This document shows positions 38,474 to 51,652 of a stretch of DNA of 64,000 bases, in pieces. Both the position numbers and the translations under genes were made by a program. The notes under the pieces were generated by a model, which saw only the letters and a program-made list of their open reading frames with translations, did not search any database and was not told where the DNA came from. Each line of letters begins with the position of its first letter. Position 1 is the first letter of the stretch. Source of the stretch: Octopus sinensis. Taxonomy: Eukaryota. The DNA lies in assembly GCF_006345805.1 (NCBI RefSeq), contig NC_043001.1, positions 29,140,001 through 29,204,000 of the forward strand, read 5' to 3'.

Positions 38474-41400
38474 ATCATCATCGTTTAACGTCCGTTTTCC
38501 GCGCTAGCACGGGTTGGACGGTTCGACCGGGGTCTGGGAAGCCAGGGGCCGCTCCAGGCTCCAGTCTGATTTGGCAGAGTTTCTACGGCTGGATGCCCTT
38601 CCTAACGCCAACCACTCCGTGAGTGGATTGGGTGCTTTTTACGTGCCACCTGCACAGGGGCCGGGGGGTCCGGCATTGGTCACGATCGGTTCGAGCTTTT
38701 AACGTGCCAGCGGCACGGGGGCAACAGGGTCCGGGGTACTTTGGGGATCTGGGGTGCTTTGAATGGGTAGGGGGTATGTGGAATTGCTGCAGAAAGCAGC
38801 CCGGGTCTTTGCAGTCACAGCATATCTCCAGAGATCTCGGTCTTTCGCCATTGCCTCAGTGAGGCCCAATGCTCTGAGGTCATGCTTGACTACCTCATCC
38901 CATGTCTTCCTGGGTCTACCTCTCCCCCTGATACCTTCAACTGTTTGGGAGTGGCACTTCTTCACACATCTCTCTTCATCCATCCGCAGCACATGACCAT
39001 ACCATCGCAAGCGTCGCTCTTGCACACCACATCTGATGCTTCTTATATCCAGCATTCTCTTAGGATGCTTACACTCTGTCTTGCGTGCACACTGACACTA
39101 CACATCCAGCGGATCATGCTAGCTTCATTTCTTTCAAGTCTACGCATGTCTCTGCAGTCACTGCCCATGTTTCATTACCGTGAAGCATGGCAGTTCGCAC
39201 ACATGCATCATACAATCTACCTTTCGCTCTGAGGGAGAGACCTTTTGTTGCCAGTAGGGGTAGGAGCTTTCTGAACTTTGCCCAGGCTATTCGTATTCTA
39301 GTGGTGATACTCTCTGTGCATCCACCTCCGCTACTACTTGGTCACCCAGGTAGCGGAAACTATCAACTACTTCTAGTTTCTCTCCCTGGAGTGTGATGGA
39401 ATCTGTTTTCTGAGTGTCTGTTGTGTCTATTGTCCCTGTGCATCTGCCGCACATGAAAGCTATCTTATCTGTTAATTTCCCTTTAATGTTGCTGCACCTC
39501 TTATGTGTCCATAACTTACATTGGGTGCATCTTATGGAGTTTCTACCTGTACCTTTCCTACAGATTGAGCAGGGCCACCTACCCGAGGGGGTGTGTGCTG
39601 AGTACCTCTTGTTGCTTACTAATACTTTGGTCTTTGCTACATTTATTCTAAGGCCCTTTGATTCCAACCCTTGCTTCCACACCCGAAATTTCTCTTCTAG
39701 TTCCGGTAGTGATTCTGCTATGAGAGCTAGGTCATCGGCATAGAGGAGCTCCCAGGGGCATCCCGTTTTGAATTCCTCTGTTATTGCCTGAAGGACTATG
39801 ATGAATAAAAGGGGACTGAGGGCTGAGCCCTGGTGCACACCTACTTCTACCCGGAATTCTTCACTATATTCGTTGCCAATCCTAACCTTGCTGACAGCCT
39901 CTCTGTATAGAGCCTGTACAGCCCTTATTAGCCATTCTTCAATCTCCAGTTTCCGAATCGACCACCAGATGAGGGAACGGGGAACCCTGTCAAAGGCTTT
40001 CTCCAAGTCTACAAAAGCTATGTAGAGGGGTTTATCTTTAGCTAGGTACTTCTCCTGCAGTTGTCGGACCAGGAATATAGCATCAGTGGTGCTTCTACCT
40101 GGTACAAAACCGAACTGCATTTCATCTAAACAAATTCTCTCCCTAATGAGATGGGTTATGACCTTCTCTGAGACCTTCATCACCTGGTCCAACAGTTTGA
40201 TACCTCTGTAGTTATTTCTATCTAGAGCATCACCCTTACCCTTGTAGCAGTTGACTATGGTGCTGCTGCACCAGTCATTGGGTATGACTCCATTGTGAAC
40301 TACCTGGTTTACAATGCGGGTGACTATGGTATAGCCCACATAGCCAGCTGTTTTAAGCATCTCAGCAGTGATTCCTGATAGGCCAGGGGCTTTGCCTGGT
40401 TTCATATCCTTAATTGCCTTATCTACAAGGGAGCTGTCTATTCGGGTAGCTGGTCCCTCTACTGGGTCAACATTGGCAGGCTCTCCTCCTCCCATCATTC
40501 TCCTCATTCAGCAGTCTTTCATAATGGCTTCTCCAAGCCTCTTTCTTTTCACTAGCAGTAAAAGCAAGTGCCCCATCATCCATGCGGACACATTTCTCTC
40601 CTATAACATCACTATTTTCTCTGACACACTGTCTGGCAATCCGAAATACTTCAGCTCTTTGATCCTCGTGTCGCTGGACATTGGCAAACTTCTTCTTTTC
40701 TGCTACGTCTTTGGCTATGTATACCTGCCGCCCAGCCTCCCTTTTGGCTATCTGGTACAGTTCCCTGCTGCCCCCATCCTTCCAGGCTTTCAGGCCCGTC
40801 TCTTTTTACAGATGGCTTTATCTACTGCACTATTCCACCACCACGTAATTCTAGGTCTGGAAGGGACTTTGCACCATCCACAGACTCGGTCTGTGGCACT
40901 CAGCAAGCTGTCCCGTAGGAATTCCCAGCTACCTTCTATGTCTGACGTCTGAAACTCCTCCTCCCTCTCATCAAATTTTTTGATGAGTATGTCCCTAAAT
41001 TTCTGACCATGTGAAGGGTTCTTTAGCCTCCAAATCCTTCTTTTCTGGATTGGTTTGTTTCTTGGAGTCCTTCTGGCCTCAAGCTTAAAGTCACTGATGA
41101 TTAGTCTATGCTGAGGGATACATTCTTCACCCGGGAGGGTCTTTGTATTCAAGAGCAACCCTGCATCCCGTTGTCTGGTGAGGATGAAGTCTATTTGGCT
41201 AGCGGAGTCTCCTGACTGATAAGTTATAAGGTGGCAGACTGGCTTCTTGAAGTTAGTGTTGCAGATTGAAAGGTTACATGCATCACAGAATTCCAGCAGT
41301 CTAGTTCCCTCATCATTTCTGGTGCCAATACCATAGCCACCATGTACCCCAGTGAAGATACCCGATTCCTGCCCAACATGCCCATTAAAGTCTCCACCTA

Positions 41401-42418
41401 CAAAGATGAGGTCCTTGCTACTAGTCTTTGAAGTAGCCTGCAGAAGGCTATCATAAAAGTTGTCCTTCTGATCATTTGGTAGTCCCGCTTGTGGGGCATA
41501 GGCGGAGATAATCATAGCTGTGCCACTCTGTAGGACCAACCTGAGCTTAAGCACTCTATCGCAAACCCTGACAACCTCTATGACCTCATCCACCCATTTC
41601 TCCACAAGGAGAATGCCTACACCCCCTACACCTTCCACGTCACCTTGCAAGAAGAGTTTGTACCTAAGTGCCTTGCCCGTGAGGACCCTAGCCGAAGCAC
41701 CTCTCCATCTTACCTCTTGTATGCAGCATACATCAACCTGTCTTCTCTCTAGCATCTCTACAATCTCACTAGACTTGCCTGTCAATGTACCAACATTGAT
41801 AGTGCCAACTCTGAAAACTGGGAAGGAGATGTGGGGGGAGGGGGGGAATTCAGTGCCTGAGAAGAGGAGGGTTGTTGTGGTGGTGATAGTTTTCGTAGCA
41901 TTTTTCTTTTGATCTCTCTTCCGACCTGTCCACGCCGTGGACAGGAGCTGGTGTTAGCAGTGGACATTCGTTATCGTCACTGAGTAACGTAATTAGGTAG
42001 CGTAGTAAGGAAGAAAAATACAGATATTCTAGAGTTGAGTTGGGGGGGTCCAGCTGAGAAAGGTTTTACCAGTGAAAAGAGGGGGAGAGATAGTAGAGGG
42101 GGTGCGGTCAATATAGGGGAGCACCAGTGGGGAAGGTTATGGTAAGGAGGAACGATGGCAGGAAGGGTTGGTGTAGGTTCGTAAGAAGAAATTATGGAGG
42201 GGACTGGAAGGAGATAGTCGGATTGAGGCAGTGTCAGGAGGAAGCGTAAGATCAGTGGGCAGTTGATGAGCTGTGGCGCTAGCAGCTTGTCTTTTCACAG
42301 TGAAAGCATATGAGGAGAAGGGGTAGGAAGGGGGGAGGAGGAGGGAGTAGGGCGTATCCGGTGTAGATGGTGAGAACAGTGTTCACCGGTATTGGTGGTG
42401 GGGGTGGGGGGGCGGGCG
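38474..42418 (-). mobile_element. RTE-clade LINE copy 1, apparently full length
   Basis: ~450-bp pyrimidine-rich 5' region, APE-RT ORF, 3' UTR with subrepeats, GGACGTTAAAC(GAT)n tail, TA runs on both flanks. Confidence 0.95.
38699..41967 (-). CDS. RTE ORF (APE endonuclease + RT + C4HC3 finger), broken by 1-nt deletions
   Basis: NVGTL…CCIQEVRW, GDFNGH and IDFIL (APE); VHQGSALSPLLF and LYADD (RT); CSIC…CTQC…HKRC…CGRC finger; RGRGRPRKTW C-terminus. ORF-track pieces join through single-base indels near 41820, 40790, 40495, 39345 and 39150. Confidence 0.9.
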
Positions 42419-42424
42419 CTATAT

Positions 42425-45400
42425 ATCATCATCATCATCATCGTCGTCGTTTAACGTCCGTTCTCCATGCTAGCATGGGTTGGACGGTTCGACCGGGGTT
42501 CTGGGAAGCCAGAAGGCTGCACCAGGCTCCAGTCTAATCTGGCAATGTTTCTACAGCTGGATGCCCTTCCTAACGCCAACCACTCCGTGAGTGTAGTGGG
42601 TGCTTTTTACGTGCCACCTGCACAGGTGCCAGGTGGGGCTGGCAATGGCCACGGTCAGATTGGTGTATTTTATGTGCCACCGGCACGGAAGCCAGTCGAG
42701 GCGGTGCTGGCATCGGCCACGAGTCGGATAGTGCTTTTTACGTACACCAGACCAGGGATCCTGGCTGGTTCAATTCGATTTCGATTTCGCTTGCCCCAAC
42801 ATGTCTTCACAAGCAAAGGGGGTTGGCATGGGTGCCTGTCGTACGGTCGCATTGGAGTATTTTACGTGCCACGGCCACGAGTCGGATAGTGTTTTACGTA
42901 CCACCAGACCAGGGATCCTGGCTGATTCAATTCGATTTCGATTTCGCTTGCCCCAACATGTCTTCACAAGCAAAGGGGGTTGGCATGGGTGCCTGTCGTA
43001 CGGTCGCATTGGAGTATTTTACGTGCCACGGCCACGAGTCGGATAGTGCTTTTTACGTACCACCAGGCCAGGGATCCTGGCTGGTTCAATTCGGTTTCGA
43101 TTTCGCTTGCCCCAACATGTCTTCGCAAGCATGGGGGGTGGCATGGGTGTCTGTCGTCGGATGAGGTTCTATATCGACTTCGCTTGCCTCAACCGGTCTT
43201 TGTGTCCAAGGGGGAAAGGCATTCATAAGTGGGCTGGGCTCACTTGTCCTGCCTGGTCTTCTCACGTACAGAATATTCCAAAGGTCTCGGTCTCTGGTCA
43301 TTTCCTCAGTGAGGCCTAAAGTTCGAAGGTCGTGCTTCACCACCTCGTCCCAGGTTTTCCTGGGTCTACCTCTTCCACGGGTTCCCTCAACTGCTAGGGA
43401 TTGGCACTTTCTCACACACCTATCTTCATCCATTCTCGCCACATGACCATACCAGCGCAATCGTCTCTCTTGCACACCACAACTGATGCTTCTTAGGTAC
43501 AACATTTCTCTCAAGGTGCTAACGCTCTGTCGAGTATGTACACTGACATTACACATCCATCGGAGCATACTGGCTTCATTCCTCACGAGCTTACGCATGT
43601 CCTCAGCAGTCACGGCCCATGTTTCGCTGCCATGTAGCATGGCTGTTCGTACACACGCATCATACAGTCTGCCTTTTACTCTGAGCGAGAGGCCTTTAGT
43701 CACCAGCAAGTAAGAGCTCCCTAAACTTTGCCCAGGCTATTCTTATTCTAGCAGTTACACTTTCAGCGCACCCACCCCCACTACTGACTTGGTCACCTAG
43801 ATAACGGAAGCTATCAACTACTTCTAGTTTTTCCCCCTGGAAAGTGACGGAAGTTGTTTTCTGCAGATTTTCGGAGGTTAATGCTCCCGAGCATCTGCCA
43901 CATACAAAAACTATCTTCCCAGTTAGCCTACCTTTGACATTGCTGCACCTCTTATGTGTCCATAGCTTACACTGGGTACATCTTATAGAGTTTCTACCTA
44001 CACCTTTTCTACAGATCGAGCAGGGCCATCTTCCTGAAGATATTTGTGGATTGTCTACCTTTCTACTTATTAGTACTTTGGTTTTAGCTAGGTTGACTCT
44101 AAGGCCCCTTGATTCTAAACCCTCCTTCCACATCTGGAACTTCTCCTCCAGTTCTGATAGTGACTCAGCAATAAGAGCAAGGTCGTCAGCGTAGAGGAGC
44201 TCCCAGGAAGCCTGTCTTGAATTCCTCCGTAATTGCCTGGAGTACTATGATAAATAGGAGGGGGCTGAGTACTGAACCCTGGTGGACCCCAACCTCTACT
44301 TTGAATTCTTCTGTGTACATGTTGCCAACCCTAACCTTACTTACGGCATCTCTGTACATGGCTTGCACAGTCCTCACCAGCCATTCATCTATCCCTAGTT
44401 TCCTCATTGACCACCAGATAAGGGATCGGGGGACCCTATCAAAAGCTTTCTCCATGTCAACGAAAGCCAGGTACAGGGGCTTATCTTTGGCTAGGTATTT
44501 CTCCTGCAGCTGCCTTACCAGGAATATAGCATCAGTGGTACTTTTCCCTGGCACGAACCAAACTGCATCTCATCTAAACTAACTCTCTCTCTAATTAGTT
44601 GGGCTATGACCCTCTCCGTAACCTTCATTACTTGATCCAACAGCTTGATACCTCTGTAATTATTTGTATCTAGGGCATCACCTTTACCTTTGTAGCAGTT
44701 GACTAGTATGCTGTTGCACCAGTCATTGGGTATGACTCCTTCGTGTATCACCTGGTTGACTATACGGGTGACTAGGTTATAGCCGACACTGCCAGATATT
44801 TTGAGCATCTCTGCAGTAATTCCTGATGGGCCTGGGGCTTTCCCTGTCTTCATGCTTCTAATTGCCTTAGCTACCACGGAACTATCAACTCGGATAGCTG
44901 GTCCCTCTGTAGGGTCAACATTCGGCAGACTCTCTTATCCCATTCATTTTCCTCATTCAGTAACCTTTCATAGTGGCGTCTCCAAGCTTCTCTCTTTGCA
45001 TCCTCATTTAGCGCAAGTGAACCATCCTCCATGCGAACACATTTCTCTCCTACCACATCACGATTCTCTCTCACACAGTCTTGCAACACGAAATACCTCA
45101 AGTCTTTCATCCTCACGGCGCAGGACATTGGCAAATTTTCTCTTATCTGCTTCCCCTCTGGCTAGATAGACCTGTCTCCTAGCTTCCCTTCTGGCAGTCT
45201 GATACCCTTCCTGCTACCACCGTTCTTCCAGGCCTTCCAAGCCTGTTCTTTTGTCTAATAGCCCTGTCAACAATATTGTTCCACCACCACGTTATTTTGG
45301 GTCTTAGGGGACTTTGCACCAGCCACAGATCTGGTCAGCGGCTTTCAGCAGGTTGTCCCTCAGAAACGTCCAGTTGTCTTCTACCCCATGTGTAGCTATA

Positions 45401-46229
45401 CCCCCTTCCACTTTGTCAAAGGCTTCAAGTAACATATCTCTAAATCTGTCCATTCGCAGGGGCTTTAAGCTTCCAGACCCTTCTTCTCCATGTTGGTCGT
45501 CTTCTAGTCGCCCTCTTAGTCCTGATCCTAAAGTCACTAACTACCAGTCTATGTTGTGGGGTGCATTCTTCGCCTGGGAAGGTTTTGGCATTTATAAGCA
45601 GCCATCTTTCCCTTTTTCTGGCAAGGATGTAGTCGATTTGGCTAGTATGCCGGCCGATCGGTAGGGTAGGTACCAGGTGGCTTGTGGTTTCCTGAAGTTA
45701 GTGTTGCAGACCATAAGACTATTCGCATCGCAGAACTCCAGCAGCCTGGTTCCCTCCTCGTTGCGGGAACCATAACCGTAGCCTCCATGGACGCCATGGA
45801 AGCCCCCAGCATGTCGTCCAAACATGCCCATTGAAATCACCAGCCACAAAGAGGAAGGTCCCTGTCGTTCGTCGATGAGGTGGTCTGCAGTAGGGTGTCA
45901 TAGAAACTGTCTTTCTGTCCATCGGGTAGCCCTGGCTGAGGGGCATAGGCCGATATAATGGTTGCTAATCTATTATGAAGCACTATTCTAATCTTAAGTA
46001 TTCTGTCACTTACTCTGATTACCTCAATTACTCTATCTATCCATTTCTCAGCGATAAGTATACCCACGCACCAACCCCGTCAGTGTTCCCTGCCCAGAAA
46101 ATCTTGTACCTGTGTTCCTTGCCTGTGAGGACCCTAGCAGATCCTCCTCTCCACCTTATTTCTTGCATACAACATACATCAACACGTCTCCGTTCAAGCA
46201 TCTCGACTATCTCGCCAGACCTACCTTTC
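42425..46229 (-). mobile_element. RTE-clade LINE copy 2 (different subfamily), 5'-truncated in the endonuclease
   Basis: Frameshifted ORF pieces 46037-43086 with the same motifs. Expanded 3' UTR with ~160-bp repeats (42715-43150). Its (GAT)n tail at 42425 abuts the 5' end of copy 1. Confidence 0.93.
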
Positions 46230-46275
46230 GTATATATATATATATATATATATATACATACATACATACATACAC

Positions 46276-46310
<35 letters not shown>

Positions 46311-47189
46311 TATATATGTGGCAAAGGGTTGTATGCAATGTTTCAAGTGGCGCAGGTCCTTCAAATGTCGAAGAACATCCCTGGAAGACAATGAGCAATC
46401 TGGAAGACCTACCATGAGCATCACCCCTTCCTCCCCCCAGGAATGTGGTATTGTAGGTTCAATCCTACTGTACAGCATCTAATTCATGTTTCTTGTACTA
46501 TAGTTCCAGATTGAACAATGCTTTGTGAATGGAATTTGTTTGATAGAAAGTGTATGGAAGCCTATAATATATACGTATGTGAATATATAAGAATTACATT
46601 TGGCAGAGTAATCTCAATGCTAAAGGGGTAAGCAATTCTTATACAGAATCAGTTTGAATTAGTGGTGCAGTCCATCTAATGGGCTTCCATAGTTTCTGCC
46701 TATGCAATTTCAGTTACAGAGTGTTGATTAATCCCAACAAAAGTTATCATAAGAGGTTTATTATTTAAGAGCTAACACAGTGAGATTGAACCTGTGACCT
46801 TGTCGTTATGAAGTGAACTTCTTACCTACTCATCCACCCTTGCATTCAGTTAAGCATACATTCTGCTGGGTGGTCAGTGTTAGGAAGGGTATCTATTAGT
46901 AAAAACCTTGCCAAAACAGACATAGAAGTCTGGTGCAGTCTTCTGCCTGGCCAACTCCTGTCAAACTGTCCAACCCATGCCAGCATGGAAGGCGGATGTT
47001 AAATGATGATGATAGATGTGTAGGTATGGTTGTGTGGCTGTGTGGCTGAGTGGCTTGCTTCTAAACCAAGTGGTCTTAGGTTCAGCCCTGTTCTGCAGCA
47101 CTTTGAGCAAATCTTTTTTTACCATAGCCAAGGCCAGATTAAAACCCTTAGAGGTTCTAAGCACTTAAAAAGATTTTAGTGTCCACACA

Positions 47190-47790
47190 CACATCATCAT
47201 CATCATCATCGTTTAACGTCTGTTTTCCATGCTAGCATGGGTTGGACGGTTCGACCAGGGTCTGGGAAGCCAGGAGGCTGCACCAGGCTCCAGTCTGACC
47301 TGGCAGTGTTTCTACAGCTGGATGCCCTTCCTAACGCCAACCACTCCATGAGTGTAGTGGGTGTTTTTTACATTCCACTGACACAGGGGCCAGAAGAGGC
47401 TGGCAAGCGGCCACGATCGGTTGGTGATTTTACGTGTCACCAACACAGACGCCAGTCAGGCGGCACTGGCATCTGCCACATTCGGAGAGTGCTTTTTACG
47501 TGTCACTGACACATCATCATCATCATCCTCATCGTTTAACGTCCGTTTTCCGTGCTAGCACGGGTTGGATGGTTCGACCGGGGTCTGGGAAGCCAGGGGC
47601 TGCACCAAGCTCCAGTCTGATCTGGCAGTGTTTCTACAGCTGGATGCCCTTCCTAACGCCAACCACTCCGCGAGTGTAGTGGGTGTTTTTTACGTGCCAC
47701 CGGCACAGGTATCAGGGGAGTCTGGCATCAGCCACGATCAGTTGATGCTTTTAACGTGCCACTGGCACGGAAGCCAGTCAAGGCGGCGCT
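47190..47790 (-). mobile_element. Two tandem RTE 3'-tail elements
   Basis: Two (CAT)n-CGTTTAACGTC starts (~47195 and ~47515), each followed by the family body. Confidence 0.85.
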
Positions 47791-48284
47791 GGATATATAT
47801 AATTCAAAATATAAACAATAATAAACCATAAAGTAAATTTTTATTTTTCCTGATTCTTGTTCATAATTCTATGTACTGTATGTGCACCTTTGATGAGTTA
47901 TAGTGCACTGAGCACTATACACAATAATTTCATTATTATTATTATATAAAATGAAGCAAAATTAACAATAAGATGGAAAATAATGTCTATTTTTGTTTAC
48001 TTTCATTTTAATTATATTTGAAGTTTTCTACTGCTTTTTTTTTTATTGCAAATTCTTTCATCAGATCCTCACTATCACGCCATGAGCACTTCAAAAGCTT
48101 AGCAAGTTTAAAGTAGTTTCTTTTGTACTATAAACCATTTACCGTTTCTGTGGTATTCATTTGCCTTGATGCCTTAAGTATGTGCTTATTTTCTTTAATG
48201 GTTAATCCAATGCTGACTGTAGCTATGGGCTGACTGAAGCCTTGTGAGTGGATTTGGTAGGCACCGACTGAAAGAAGTCCATCA

Positions 48285-48613
48285 AATATGTGTGTGTGTG
48301 CGTGTGTGTGCATGTGCGCACTTGCACATACATGTGTATGTGAATGTGCGTGTGTGCATGCATGTGTGTGTGTGTATGTGTCCGTGCACGTGTGTGTGTG
48401 CATGTATGTATGTGTGCATGTGTGTGCGCGTGTGTATGTGGTGTGTGCATGTGTGTGTATGTGTCGCTGCACATGCGTATGCATGTGTATATGTGTGCTT
48501 ATATGTGTGTATGTGTGCATATGCATGTGTGAGTGTACATGCGTGTGTATGTGTATGTGCATGTGTATATGTGTGTGTGCATGTGTGTATGTGTGTGTGT
48601 ATATGTGTGTGCA

Positions 48614-48666
<53 letters not shown>

Positions 48667-48677
48667 TGTGTGTGTAT
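48285..48677. repeat. Compound (TG/TA/CA)n microsatellite
   Basis: Direct reading; explains the H/T/C/V-rich ORFs. Confidence 0.95.
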
Positions 48678-48894
48678 GCAGCCTTGTCTTGACATCAAGT
48701 GATGGTTGAAAAGTATTACTGTCATACAGGTGATGTTGTTCCTTTGTAACCTTCTGTAAAAAACATTTCTGACCATGGGGAAAAAAATTACCTTACTCAG
48801 AAACAGGTGAGGGTTGGCAACAGGAAAGACATCCAGCCACAGAAAATCTGCCTCAACAAATTCTGTCTGACTTAAGCATGGAAAAGTGAAGTGC

Positions 48895-49275
48895 AGATGT
48901 GGCTATGTGGTAAGAAGCTGGCTTCCAAACCACATGTTTCTGGGTTCAGTTCCACTGCATGGTACTTTGGGCAAGTGTATTCTACTGTAGCGTTGGGCCA
49001 ACCAAAGCCTTGTGAATGGATTTGGTAGACAGAAACTGAAAGAAGCCTGTTGTATATATATGTATATGTTTGTGTGTGTGTCAATGTTTGTCCTCCCCAC
49101 CATCACTTGACAACCAATGTTCGTGTATTTACGTCCCCATAACTTAGCAGTTCAGCAAAAGAGCCCAATAGAATAAGTACTAGGCTTATAAAGAATAGGT
49201 CCTGGGATTGATTTGTTTGACTGAAGACAGTGCTCCAGCATGGCCACAGTCAAATGACTGAAACAAATAAAAGAA
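48895..49275 (+). mobile_element. CORE-type SINE
   Basis: Family head, core and tail. A further copy lies at 50262-50625. Confidence 0.8.
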
Positions 49276-51034
49276 TTAAATGATGATGATCATGGTGGTT
49301 GCAATGACAACAACGATGATGATGATGATGATGATGGCAATGATAACAGCTGTGGTGGTGGTGGAAGCAATGATGAGGACAACAACGGTAGTGATGACGC
49401 CGCCAATGTCAATGCTGGCATGGATGCCAATGCTGGCACCAATGCCAATGCTGCCACCAAGAATTTGGACCTGGAGATCTCCATTTCCAGTGACTTTGAG
49501 GGCCACCTCCCAGTGGTGTCGGGCGTCAACGAAGAGCCCTCGACTACAGCAAGACGACCAAAGCTTTTGTTTTGTTTTTCCAAGGTCTGGGGTCTCCCGC
49601 CCCTAAGCCCTAGACCATCACCTAATCACCCTTACCCGTCTTGTTGCTTAACAACACCAACAACAACAACAACCAACATTAATGCTGCTGCTGACACCAT
49701 CGTTGCCACCAACATACCATTGACAAAAACAATAACGAAGATTCACAAACATATACACAAATGTATATACAAGCTCACAATACACATAGACATGCAAAAA
49801 ACAACCACCCAGAAAGCATTAACACATCTACAGACATGTAAGAATTAAGCATCCACAAAGCTTCTTAAGTCAAGTGAAGTGACAGTATTGCCTGGCTGGC
49901 ACCTGTGCCGATGGCACATAAAAAGCAACATTCAAGTGTCGTCGATACCAGTAGCACCTGACTGGTCCCGTGCTAGAGGCATGTAAAAAGCACCATTCAA
50001 GCGTGGTTGATACCAGTACCGTCTGACTGCCCTTGTGCCGGTGGCACATGAAAAGTTTCTACTACACTCTTGGAGTGGTTGGTGTTAGGAAGGACATCTA
50101 GCTGTAGAAACTTTGTCAGATCAGATTGGGGCCTGGTGCAGCCTTCTGGTTTGCCACCCCTCAGTCAAACTATCCAACCCATGCCAGCATGGAAAATGGA
50201 CATTAAACGATGCTGATGATGATGATGAAAGCATCTATTTTCATACAAATATACACAGGTGCAGGAGTGGCTGTGTGGTAAGTAGCTTGCTTACCAATCA
50301 CTGTGTGGCACCTTGGGCACATGTCTTCTATACCCTCAAGCCGACCAAAGCCTTGTGAGTGGATTTGGTAGACGGAAACTGAAAGAAGCTCATCGTATAT
50401 ATATATGTGTGTGTGTGTTTGTGTGTCTGTGTTTGTCCCCCCAACATCACTTAACAATTGATGCTGGTGCGTTTACATCCCTGTAACTTAGTGGTTTGGC
50501 AAAAGAGACCAATAGAATAAATACTAGGCTTACAAAGAATAAGTCCTGGAGTGATTTGCTTGACTAAAAAGGTGGTGCTCCAGCATGGCCGCAGCCAAAT
50601 GACTGAAACAAGTAAAAGAGTAAAAGAGAGTAAAGAGAAAAATAAATACATACCCACACCCAGATATGCACACACACAGACACACACACACACAGATGCT
50701 CATAAATACGTAGTCATAACTGTATCTAAACTAGTAGTACATGAGAATAAATCTTACGTCTTTTCACCGGTGTATGTAAACTTAGCTTCAATCAATTGGA
50801 CATGAATTACAAAAGGTATTTATATAAGGGAGTTGCTTAGATACAATTTGTTCGTACATATAAAAACATAATATAAAAAATAATGGTGAATATCAATGCA
50901 AGCACTGATTGCTTTTGGCACAAAATAACCAAGGTATACAGTTAATAGCTTCATGTATATCATGCTATATAGATTACTATTGCTTTTGTGCTATAGCAGA
51001 AAACATTGGACACATTTTCCTACATCTTCTCTTC

Positions 51035-51385
51035 TCTATATTATAAATCTGAAACGCGAAAAGTTTGTTTGTCTGGTTTTGGCATTAGAATGGGTTAAAG
51101 GGCACTAGATCCCATCGGATTGACTCCAAAATTTACAATGAGGTGAGTATGTTAGTGGGCTAGGTTAGAAATCCCTATCTTAAAAGGTGTCGTTGCTAGG
51201 GCAAAAAATGCACACTTTATGAGGAGAGTCCGAGAGAAAGGAAGAGTAAGAGAGTGGGAAAGTGAGAGAGAAAGGAGAGAGAAACAAAGAGGGAGAACGT
51301 GGTGATAAAAAACCAGAAAGGAAGCAACAGAAAGTAACAACCACACTCTTATCCGCGGGTCTTAGAGCGGGTCACCTTAAGCTAG
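51035..51385 (+). mobile_element. Non-autonomous Helitron-like element
   Basis: 5' TCTATATTATAAA…GTTTGTTTGTC and a GC-rich subterminal region, then CTAG (51382-85) followed by T. The expected 5' flanking A is not seen. Confidence 0.55.
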
Positions 51386-51479
51386 TATATATATATTTCT
51401 CTCTTTCTCTCTCTTGCACCCCTCTCTCTCGCCCTCTCTTTCTCTCTCTCTCTCTTTCCACACACATATGCAAGTGTGT

Positions 51480-51652
51480 CACCATGCAACAAGTGCATCA
51501 CCATGCACTTAGGGAGGAAAAACCCAGCCTTTACATATTCCCTGAGCAACACCAATCTCAAGAAGTCTTCTAGTGAACATGATCTGGGTATTATTATAAA
51601 CAGCAATTAGCGTTGGACAAATCACCTCTCTAAGATTGTCAAGAAGGCTGTA
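51480..51652 (+). mobile_element. CR1/L2-type LINE RT C-terminal fragment
   Basis: NKCITMHLGRKNPAFTYSL…EHDLGIIINSN*RWTNHLSKIVKKA. Confidence 0.75.

Noticed and set aside
48128-48776. Long H/T- and C/V-rich ORFs (also at 18.4, 27.1, 55.0 and 58.5 kb)
   Set aside because: Microsatellite translation artefacts.
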